Shown: one piece after another, positions 56,465 through 64,000 of the stretch | Numbering within the stretch: the stretch's first letter is position 1 | How the letters are laid out: each line of letters begins with the position of its first letter | Origin: a bacterium | GTDB lineage: Bacteria > Patescibacteriota > Minisyncoccia > Phycocordibacterales > Zambryskibacteraceae | Reading direction: 5' to 3' | NCBI GenBank assembly: GCA_023266935.1 | Contig: JAHFOF010000001.1 | Coordinates: 27 to 64,026 of the forward strand | DNA: 64,000 nucleotides | Notes under the pieces: generated by a model | Database searches by the model: none | The model's input: the letters and a program-made list of their open reading frames with translations, nothing else | Told to the model about the DNA's origin: nothing | Made by a program: the position numbers and the translations under genes

Positions 56465-58197
56465 TTACGCGATGCAATATTTTTTTAGTTATTCCTCTCC
56501 TTGCGGTGTTTTTAATGCCGATACGAACACATGCCTTTGTGACAGAAGCTGCATGGGCAGCCCTTACAGCAACCCAGGCTTCATCAAATCTTTTTGTCCC
56601 AACAGTTAGCCCAACCCAAGATGTGAAGAATGTTGGTATAAAGTTCTGGGGATTAACCTTCCCCCCACTTGACCAAATAGCCATAGATATAGCCAAATTT
56701 GCCATAGAAAAGATAGTTGATTCAACAATCAATTGGATAAATACAGGAGCAGATGGAGGGCCGATATATGTTACTGATTCTCAACAATATTTTAAACAAC
56801 TTGGGGATGGTTATGCTGGTGAATTTATTCAAAAAGTGGTTGGAGCAGGGAATCTTTGTGCTCCATTTCAAGCTCAAATAGTGCTTTCTCTTAAACATTA
56901 CTATGCTCCGACCTATACACCTCAATGTACCTTCACTGGTATACAAAACAATCTAGAAAATTTTTATAATCATTTTTCAGAAGGCGGATGGCAAGGTTGG
57001 CTTTCGATGACCCAAGACAATGCGAACAATCCATATGGTTCATACATGGATGCAAAGATTTTGTTGGATACCAATTTACAAAACAAACTCGACCTGGCAG
57101 GGAAAAAACTTGATTGGAGCAGTGGATTCAAAAGCAAAGGCGACTGTCTTAAGACAAATCATTGGCCTCCCAACGAATTGCTGATTCAATATGAAAACGG
57201 AGAAATTAGTAACTATCCCGCACCATATAACGACACCGACTATTACAGTGAAGCCTACCCAGATGGCGCTTGTTTAAAATATGGCCCAGACAAAACTCCT
57301 GGAGTGGTCATAAAAGATACCCTTAATAAAGTTCTACCTTCTGGTTTTGATCAGCTTGTAAATGCTAAACAATTTGATGACCTTGTTAGCTCTTTGATGA
57401 GTACTGTGCTTCAAAAATATGTTTTTGGTTCAAAAGGACTGTTCACCACCAGTCCTGGAAAAGTGAGCGGGGGAGGAACCACCGTTGGTGGAGGGACAGC
57501 ATCAACTCAGTCGCCAGTAACTTGCGGAGTTTCTGTTCAAAAAGCGACAGTTGGAATAGATAGTGTAAATTGGATTGCCAACAGCACATTTGGTGGTGCT
57601 ACTACTTATTCTTGGTCTGGAGATGAAATACCAAATGGATCAGAGGGGTTGAACGTCTCCGTTGTTTATAAAACACCTGGGACAAAAAAAGCCAGTGTCA
57701 CAGCAACTAACATTGGTGTTGATGCTGAAGGTAACCCTGATCCAAGCACCCAGAAAACCGTCACCGCCACTTGTAGCAGTAGTGTTTTAGTCGCTCAATA
57801 TCAACCTCTCAACGTTTCTTGTAGTGTGGGTGTGGCTCATGCTCAGAAAGGAGAAAACGTTACTTGGACGGCCACGATTAGTGGTGGCTCAGGAGAATTT
57901 CTTCTCCAAAACACCATTTCGGCTCTCGACGGCATTAATGTAAATGTGCCTGTTTTATGGGATGGGGATGAAGCTTCGTATCCAAAAACAGACATCGCGA
58001 TGTATCCACGAATAAATGCCAATCAAGTTATTTCAAAAAATGGAAATGTAATCACCTCAAAGATAATTCGTTCTTATACAGACGATAAAAAGATTCCTGG
58101 AGCAAAAAGTGCGAAGGTGACAATCATAGACAAAGACCCGATGGTTGATCCTGTGGTAGGAAAGGCTTGTGATAATTCTGTCTATATCACCAACTAG
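56461..58197 (+). CDS. Secreted protein with C-terminal PKD/Ig-like repeats
   Basis: Signal peptide; two C-x-V...V.W.A...GG...W.GD...PG.K.A.VT repeats. Confidence 0.7.
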   Translation: MITRCNIFLVIPLLAVFLMPIRTHAFVTEAAWAALTATQASSNLFVPTVSPTQDVKNVGIKFWGLTFPPLDQIAIDIAKFAIEKIVDSTINWINTGADGGPIYVTDSQQYFKQLGDGYAGEFIQKVVGAGNLCAPFQAQIVLSLKHYYAPTYTPQCTFTGIQNNLENFYNHFSEGGWQGWLSMTQDNANNPYGSYMDAKILLDTNLQNKLDLAGKKLDWSSGFKSKGDCLKTNHWPPNELLIQYENGEISNYPAPYNDTDYYSEAYPDGACLKYGPDKTPGVVIKDTLNKVLPSGFDQLVNAKQFDDLVSSLMSTVLQKYVFGSKGLFTTSPGKVSGGGTTVGGGTASTQSPVTCGVSVQKATVGIDSVNWIANSTFGGATTYSWSGDEIPNGSEGLNVSVVYKTPGTKKASVTATNIGVDAEGNPDPSTQKTVTATCSSSVLVAQYQPLNVSCSVGVAHAQKGENVTWTATISGGSGEFLLQNTISALDGINVNVPVLWDGDEASYPKTDIAMYPRINANQVISKNGNVITSKIIRSYTDDKKIPGAKSAKVTIIDKDPMVDPVVGKACDNSVYITN

Positions 58198-58198
58198 T

Positions 58199-60343
58199 AT
58201 GAAAAAATTCTTCTCACATACAATTACTTTCCTCCTCTTCTTCTCTATGATTTTCGGAGCAAGTGGAATTCTCTATCACTCAAGTATCCATGCGCAAACA
58301 CTACCAATAGTTACTGGTGCTGCAGCCACTATAGGCGCAAAAGTAGCGACATCTGGAGATGGTGTTCTGACAAAATTTTTAGGCGATGTTGTCGCAACAT
58401 TTATTGCTCCTATTGCACTCTTTGTCCTTAAACTTGTTTCTCTAATCACTGCACTTTCAGGAATAATTTTAAACTATGTCGTCAAATACACCGTTGTAGA
58501 TGTAGCAAAAAATTATGGAGATATAAAAACCATAGACATCGCTTGGACAACGGTTCGTGATGTGGCAAACATGGGTTTTATTTTTGTTCTTCTCTACGCT
58601 TCAATCGAACTAATTTTAGGAATTGGAAAAGATACTAGAAAATTGATTGTGAGTATGATTATTGCCGCTCTTTTAATCAACTTTAGTTTATTCTTTACAA
58701 AAGTAGTCATAGACTCATCAAATATACTCGCCATTACTTTCTATAATGCTATCGTCCCCGGAGGAACAGCGGGAGACGGTGGAGTATTAAATGCAGGACT
58801 TTCGAATGCATTGATGGAACCATTAAACCTTGCTTCCATTTTCAAAGCACCTGGTAGTCTTGACCTATCAAACGCAACAAATCTCGCAACCATCGGGGTT
58901 ATGGGGTCAATCGTCGCTCTGATTGCTGCCTTTGTCTTTTTCTCCATCGCTTTGATGTTTGTTATTCGATATGTGGTACTGATTCTTGTTCTCATACTTT
59001 CGCCGATTGCTTTTGTTTCAGGAATTATCCCTGGACTCGATGGAGCAGCAAAACAATGGAAAGAGGCTTTGTTCAATCAAGCATTCTTCGCTCCTGTTTA
59101 TATGTTGTTAACTTGGATTACTATAATAATTTTCCAGGGGTTACCCCCAAGCACAGGTTCCTTCTCTTCTGCACTTACAGCAACAGGAGGAAGTGCCAGC
59201 ACATACACGTCAAGCACCATGGGAATTTTGTTTAATTTTGTTGTAGTGATTGTCTTCCTAATAGCTACACTTCTCATTTCAAAAAACATGGCTAACAAAG
59301 CTGGCCCAGCAGTGAGCAAGCTTACTGGTGCTGCACTTGGGTTTGCTGGTGGTGCGACACTTGGCCTTGCTGCATCAGCTGGTCGAAGGACGATTGGTGG
59401 ATTTGGTGCCGCTGTGGCAAGTAGTGAGGGATTGAAAAAAGCAGAAGCACAGGGAGGTGTAAAGGGAATGGCTGCTCGTTTGAGCTTGATGGCCGGACAA
59501 AAAACAGCAAAACAGAGTTTTGATTTTAGAGGCACCGACTTGGGTGGTACTTTAGGTGCCGGCAAAGCAGGAGGTAAGGATGGCTATAATGAGATGGTTA
59601 AACAACAAGCAAAAAAGAAAGAGGAGTTTGCAAAATCTCTTGCCCCTTCGGATATTGTTGTTGACAGAGCAAAGCAAAATTTGGAAAAGGCCAAGGGTAC
59701 TCCAAACGAAGCCGCGGCTCAAGCTGAAGTTTGGAGACTTGAAGGAAATAAAAAAACGATTGAAGAAAATACTAAAAAAGAAGAGGAAAATAAGAAAAAA
59801 GAGATAGCCAAGATTAGAGAGGATGTTGTTTTAAAGGAAACACTAGAGAATGAAAAAACCCTTCGAGACCTGACGGCCAAACTATCTGTCGATATGCAAA
59901 GTGCGTCTGGGTCTGACAAAGATACAGCCCGAACTAAATTAAATGCGGCGGAACAACAACTCGAATCTGCAAAAGCAAAAACTGCTGAAGAAAGAACTCG
60001 TGTTGAAGAAAAAGTGAAGAAAGTAGAAAAAACATCTGAAGAAAGGGTTAAAGGGATTAAAGAGGGTGAAATCAAAGGTTTAGGAGAAATCAGATCTAAA
60101 GCGAGAGCAGAAGCTATATCTAACCCAGGTCCTGTCAGCCTTGATCGAGTATTTCTTGTTGGAAAAGTTAAGCGTGCCTCTCTTCAAGCGGCAGCCAACA
60201 TAAGAAAGGATAAAAAGGATGCCAAGAAACTGATGGAAGAGGTGCTAAAAACGACTGGCGAACTGAAAGAAGAAAAACCAGAAAAAGAATCTACAAGCTC
60301 AGAAACTCCACCAAAAGAAGCTGAGAAAAAATCTACTTCATAA
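58199..60343 (+). CDS. VirB6/TrbL-like polytopic membrane protein with Gly/Ala-rich and coiled-coil tail
   Basis: WTTVRDVAN, ALLINFSLF, RYVVLILVLILSPIAF; position before prgI/virB4; start MKKFF at 58199. Confidence 0.7.
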   Translation: MKKFFSHTITFLLFFSMIFGASGILYHSSIHAQTLPIVTGAAATIGAKVATSGDGVLTKFLGDVVATFIAPIALFVLKLVSLITALSGIILNYVVKYTVVDVAKNYGDIKTIDIAWTTVRDVANMGFIFVLLYASIELILGIGKDTRKLIVSMIIAALLINFSLFFTKVVIDSSNILAITFYNAIVPGGTAGDGGVLNAGLSNALMEPLNLASIFKAPGSLDLSNATNLATIGVMGSIVALIAAFVFFSIALMFVIRYVVLILVLILSPIAFVSGIIPGLDGAAKQWKEALFNQAFFAPVYMLLTWITIIIFQGLPPSTGSFSSALTATGGSASTYTSSTMGILFNFVVVIVFLIATLLISKNMANKAGPAVSKLTGAALGFAGGATLGLAASAGRRTIGGFGAAVASSEGLKKAEAQGGVKGMAARLSLMAGQKTAKQSFDFRGTDLGGTLGAGKAGGKDGYNEMVKQQAKKKEEFAKSLAPSDIVVDRAKQNLEKAKGTPNEAAAQAEVWRLEGNKKTIEENTKKEEENKKKEIAKIREDVVLKETLENEKTLRDLTAKLSVDMQSASGSDKDTARTKLNAAEQQLESAKAKTAEERTRVEEKVKKVEKTSEERVKGIKEGEIKGLGEIRSKARAEAISNPGPVSLDRVFLVGKVKRASLQAAANIRKDKKDAKKLMEEVLKTTGELKEEKPEKESTSSETPPKEAEKKSTS

Positions 60344-60348
60344 AATTT

Positions 60349-60957
60349 ATGGAAGATATAAAAATACTAGAACAACAAATATTAGACTCTCCTGAGCAAA
60401 TTAGAAAATTTGTTATGGAAAAAAAATGGGTTCCCATAGTTGAAGATATCTCTAAAAAAAATAATTTTTCCCTTGAACAAAAAGCTGCTTTAGAAAACGA
60501 AACCATATTTGTGCTCGTTGGATTAGATTTGCTAGATAACTTAGAAAAGAATCTCCTTGAATCTTTGGGAATTGAACTAGTTTTAGTTAAAGTGATAGTA
60601 GCTGAATTGAATGAAAGAATCTTTTTTGAAATAAAATCATTTCTTCCAACCGAAATAGAAGAGGTTCTGCCCCAGACTGAACAGCAAAAATCTACTTCAA
60701 ACTCCATCTCTGACTTTCAAAGTCTTCCTTCAGTTAAAACCACCGAACTTGAAGTTCTTCCACAAATGAGTGTGGTACCGGAGGGCAAGGTAATGGACCA
60801 CCTTCCGCCCATAACACCAACCCAACCAAAAGTCACCGCCTCTGGCGGGACCCCGCAAAATGCGGTGGCTCCTACTCCAGAAACAATCGTTCCTTTCAAA
60901 CCAATCATCACGGGGTACGACAAGGGTAAAGACCCTTATCGTGAGCCAATCGAGTAG
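60349..60957 (+). CDS. Hypothetical protein with Pro-rich linker ending DPYREPIE
   Basis: ORF within the operon. Confidence 0.7.
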   Translation: MEDIKILEQQILDSPEQIRKFVMEKKWVPIVEDISKKNNFSLEQKAALENETIFVLVGLDLLDNLEKNLLESLGIELVLVKVIVAELNERIFFEIKSFLPTEIEEVLPQTEQQKSTSNSISDFQSLPSVKTTELEVLPQMSVVPEGKVMDHLPPITPTQPKVTASGGTPQNAVAPTPETIVPFKPIITGYDKGKDPYREPIE

Positions 60958-60980
60958 ATTCTGGTGTAGAATAAATACTA

Positions 60981-61406
60981 ATGCGATTCCAAGTTCCTCA
61001 ATTTATAGAGGTTGAAGACAAACTATTCGGACCTTTAACCTTCAAACAATTTATTTATGTCGCCGGGGCGATCGGCCTATCTGTTATCTTTTTTATCCTT
61101 TTGCCCACCTTTGTGGCTATCCTATTGTCTATTCCTGTCCTTATATTTGGAGCGGCACTTTCGTTTTTTAGAGTGAACGAGCGACCTTTTATACAAGTCG
61201 TCGAGGATTTCTTCCACTACACCCTTTCTTCCAAGCTTTATGTTTGGAAAAAAGAAGAAAAACAGCCAGAAACAAAAGTGGTTGAGCCTGGTCAACCAAC
61301 ACCTCAGATTTATGTGCCCAAACTATCTGAATCCAAACTTAAAGATTTGTCTTGGAGTTTAGATATAAAAGAAAATCAGAATCCGATAACCAAAGACACT
61401 GTATAA
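60981..61406 (+). CDS. PrgI-family membrane protein
   Basis: MRFQVPQFIEVEDKLFGPLTFKQF, two TM segments. Confidence 0.85.
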   Translation: MRFQVPQFIEVEDKLFGPLTFKQFIYVAGAIGLSVIFFILLPTFVAILLSIPVLIFGAALSFFRVNERPFIQVVEDFFHYTLSSKLYVWKKEEKQPETKVVEPGQPTPQIYVPKLSESKLKDLSWSLDIKENQNPITKDTV

Positions 61407-61413
61407 TACACAC

Positions 61414-62055
61414 ATGGCTTCGAGCAAAAATTCAACTCAACAATTTGTTCCTATAAAAGAGGTCCGTGAAGGCATCCTTATGTTAAAAGACGGGGGAATG
61501 CGTGGAGTACTACTCGCTTCTTCCCTAAATTTTTCCTTAAAATCAGAAGATGAGAAGAATGCGATTATCTTTCAGTTCCAAGATTTTCTAAACTCCCTAG
61601 ATTTTTCTGTCCAAATCGTTATCCAGTCAAGAAAGCTCGACATCCGTCCGTACATCGCCCTCCTCGAAGAGCAAGAGAAAAAACAAATGAATGATTTGAT
61701 GAAGATTCAAACCAAAGAATACATAGAATTCATAAAAAGTTTTACCGAGACGACAAATATTATGACTAAAAACTTTTTTATCGTTGTTCCTTATTCCCCA
61801 GTTAGTCTTTCGGTAGGGAAGGTTCCTGGGATAGGTAACATTTTTGCCAATAAAACCAAGAAAGAAGAGGTCGCGGCAAACGAAGCCACTTTCGAAGAAA
61901 ATCGAACTCAATTAGAAGAAAGGATGAGTGTAGTAGAGCAGGGCCTTATTCGTACAGGCATTAGAGTCGCCAGGTTGGGCACAGAAGAGGTGATAGAGTT
62001 GTTCTACAAAGCCTTTAATCCGGGAGAAACAGAAAAACCCCTTAAAGCAAAATGA
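61414..62055 (+). CDS. TraC/VirB4-associated protein
   Basis: NFSLKSEDE, FLNSLDFSVQI, FFIVVPY; between prgI and the ATPase. Confidence 0.7.
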   Translation: MASSKNSTQQFVPIKEVREGILMLKDGGMRGVLLASSLNFSLKSEDEKNAIIFQFQDFLNSLDFSVQIVIQSRKLDIRPYIALLEEQEKKQMNDLMKIQTKEYIEFIKSFTETTNIMTKNFFIVVPYSPVSLSVGKVPGIGNIFANKTKKEEVAANEATFEENRTQLEERMSVVEQGLIRTGIRVARLGTEEVIELFYKAFNPGETEKPLKAK

Positions 62056-62079
62056 TTCGACAAGCTCACCATAAATAAT
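62053..62079 (+). repeat. Junction element, copy before the VirB4-like gene
   Basis: TGA TTCGACAAGCTCACCATAAATAAT then ATG. Confidence 0.85.
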
Positions 62080-63963
62080 ATGAGTATATTTGATAAATTA
62101 TTAGGAAGGGAAGAGAAGAAACCAGACATCGCTTCTATCTTGCCCCAAGAAATATTCGAAGCGGGTGTTTTGGAGTTGAAAGACATTATCGCCCCGAGCG
62201 CCTTGTCCGTTTCTCCAAAAGAAATCAACCTTGGAGAAAAGGTTCTCCGCAGTTTCTTCGTCATTTCTTATCCGAGGTTTCTTTCTGAGAGTTGGTTTGC
62301 TCCGATTATTAATATGGATAAAGTTTTTGATGTTTCTATCTTCGTCCACCCAGTTGAAACTTCAAAAGTCCTTAGACAATTTCAAAAAAAGGTTGCCGAA
62401 GTTCAAAGCCAAATTCACACCAGAGAAGAAAAAGGCCTCGTACGTGATCCGATGCTCGATGTAGCCTATCAAGATCTCGAAAATCTTCGTGATCAACTTC
62501 AACAAGCTCAGGAAAAACTTTTTGATGTTGGTTTATACATCACTATCTATGCAGATAACGACGCTGAATTAGACAAAGTAGAAACGGAAATAAAATCAAT
62601 CCTCGATGCGAAGTTGGTTTATATCAAACCGGCCCTCTTTCAACAAGAACAAGGTTTTCAAAGCACTCTTCCTCTCGGAAACGATCTCCTCGAGGTTCAT
62701 TCAAAACTAAATTCATCGCCCCTCTCATCACTCTTCCCATTTACTTCATTCGACCTCACTAGTGATAAGGGAATTCTATACGGTATAAATAGACACAACT
62801 CGTCTCTGGTTCTCTTCGATCGATTCTCTCTAGAAAACTACAACTCAGTGATGTTTGCCAAGGCGGGTGCAGGAAAATCTTATGCCACCAAACTCGAAAT
62901 TCTCCGCACACTAATGTTTGATACAGATGTTATCGTGATAGACCCAGAAAGAGAATATGAATATATGGCCGAGGCCACGGGTGGAAGGTATTTTAAAATT
63001 TCTCTTAACTCTGAACATCACATCAATCCATTTGACCTCGCCCCTCCCGCAGAAGGGGAATCGGCCGCAAATGTCCTCCGTTCAAACATCATTAACCTCG
63101 TAGGTCTTTTCCGTTTGATGATGGGAGGATTAACGGCAGAAGAAGATGCAATTATCGACCGAGCCATCACCGAGACATATGCCCTGAAAGACATCACTGC
63201 TGATTCTGATTTTAAAACGATTGAACCACCTTTGATGTCAGACTTTGAACTCGTGCTCTCTGGACTCGAGGGTGGAGAATCTTTGGCTCAAAGATTAACT
63301 AAGTACACAAAGGGAACTTGGGCTGGTTTTATAAACAAACCAACAAATGTAGATATAAACAGAAAATTTATTGTCTTCTCTCTTCGAGACATGGAAGATG
63401 AATTGAAACCTATCGCAATGTACATCGTCACTCACTATATTTGGAATGCTATAAGAAAGGAGCTGAAAAAAAGATTGCTCGTGATAGATGAAGCTTGGTG
63501 GATGATGAAAACAGACGACACGGCGTCTTTTTTAATGGGTCTAGTTAAACGCGGGAGAAAATACTACCTCGGAGTAGCCACAATAACCCAAGATGTGAAC
63601 GACTTCTTAAAATCTCCGTATGGATTACCAATTATCACAAACTCTTCGATTCAAATACTCCTCAAACAATCTCCGACAATTATAGATAGCCTACAAAAAA
63701 CTTTTAACCTCACGGATGAAGAAAAATACCTCCTCCTCGAATCAGATGTGGGGGAGGGAATATTCTTCGCTGGATTAAAACATGTGGCTATTAAGAACAT
63801 CGCTTCATACACCGAAGACCAAATCATCACCTCCGATCCATCCCAAGTACTCGCGATGAAAAAAGCTCGTCAAGAGCTTGAAGCAGAAAAAGAAGTGCCC
63901 GCTGTGCCTCCTAATCCGATAAATAATGCCGAACCAAACCCAACAACCACAACAGGGCAGTAG
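62080..63963 (+). CDS. VirB4-like type IV secretion ATPase
   Basis: Walker A AKAGAGKS, IDPEREY, INPFD, Walker B LVIDEAW, RGRKY, ITQDV. Confidence 0.9.
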   Translation: MSIFDKLLGREEKKPDIASILPQEIFEAGVLELKDIIAPSALSVSPKEINLGEKVLRSFFVISYPRFLSESWFAPIINMDKVFDVSIFVHPVETSKVLRQFQKKVAEVQSQIHTREEKGLVRDPMLDVAYQDLENLRDQLQQAQEKLFDVGLYITIYADNDAELDKVETEIKSILDAKLVYIKPALFQQEQGFQSTLPLGNDLLEVHSKLNSSPLSSLFPFTSFDLTSDKGILYGINRHNSSLVLFDRFSLENYNSVMFAKAGAGKSYATKLEILRTLMFDTDVIVIDPEREYEYMAEATGGRYFKISLNSEHHINPFDLAPPAEGESAANVLRSNIINLVGLFRLMMGGLTAEEDAIIDRAITETYALKDITADSDFKTIEPPLMSDFELVLSGLEGGESLAQRLTKYTKGTWAGFINKPTNVDINRKFIVFSLRDMEDELKPIAMYIVTHYIWNAIRKELKKRLLVIDEAWWMMKTDDTASFLMGLVKRGRKYYLGVATITQDVNDFLKSPYGLPIITNSSIQILLKQSPTIIDSLQKTFNLTDEEKYLLLESDVGEGIFFAGLKHVAIKNIASYTEDQIITSDPSQVLAMKKARQELEAEKEVPAVPPNPINNAEPNPTTTTGQ

Positions 63964-64000
63964 GATTAGTAATACAGAATGGGGTTTGGTCATAGGGGCC

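Noticed and set aside
269-62464. Numerous 60-200 aa ORFs antisense to or out of frame within housekeeping genes
   Set aside because: No recognisable motifs; explained by codon structure of the real genes.

Overview
A 64-kb chromosomal segment that looks like a Patescibacteria/CPR (Parcubacteria-like) genome. This is inferred from the missing rpmD/L30 in the spc block, the short tig and pgk, the PrgI/VirB4-like cluster and AT-rich intergenic regions without Shine-Dalgarno sites. The left part (1-24 kb, minus strand) carries the str, S10 and spc ribosomal clusters. These are interrupted by rplJ-rplL with an L10 leader, several orphan genes with their own promoters and terminators, and a small-protein/retropepsin pair bracketed by a duplicated rpsG 3' end. 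At 28.0-30.5 kb lies a complete diversity-generating retroelement (DGR). It has a target gene with a VR, a TR differing at 21 of 113 positions (all TR adenines), IMH/IMH*, a hairpin and an RT coupled to RNase HI. Its avd gene is on the opposite strand, starts back-to-back with the RT, and is out of frame with its best start codon across a C9 tract, a candidate ON/OFF switch. The rest holds housekeeping genes, five tRNAs, DnaA-box and parS-like sites, competence genes (comEC, comM) and a T4SS-like cluster. Window-wide patterns are a ~26-bp element at eight gene junctions, short palindromic elements inserted in frame into proteins, and frequent leaderless-type promoters.
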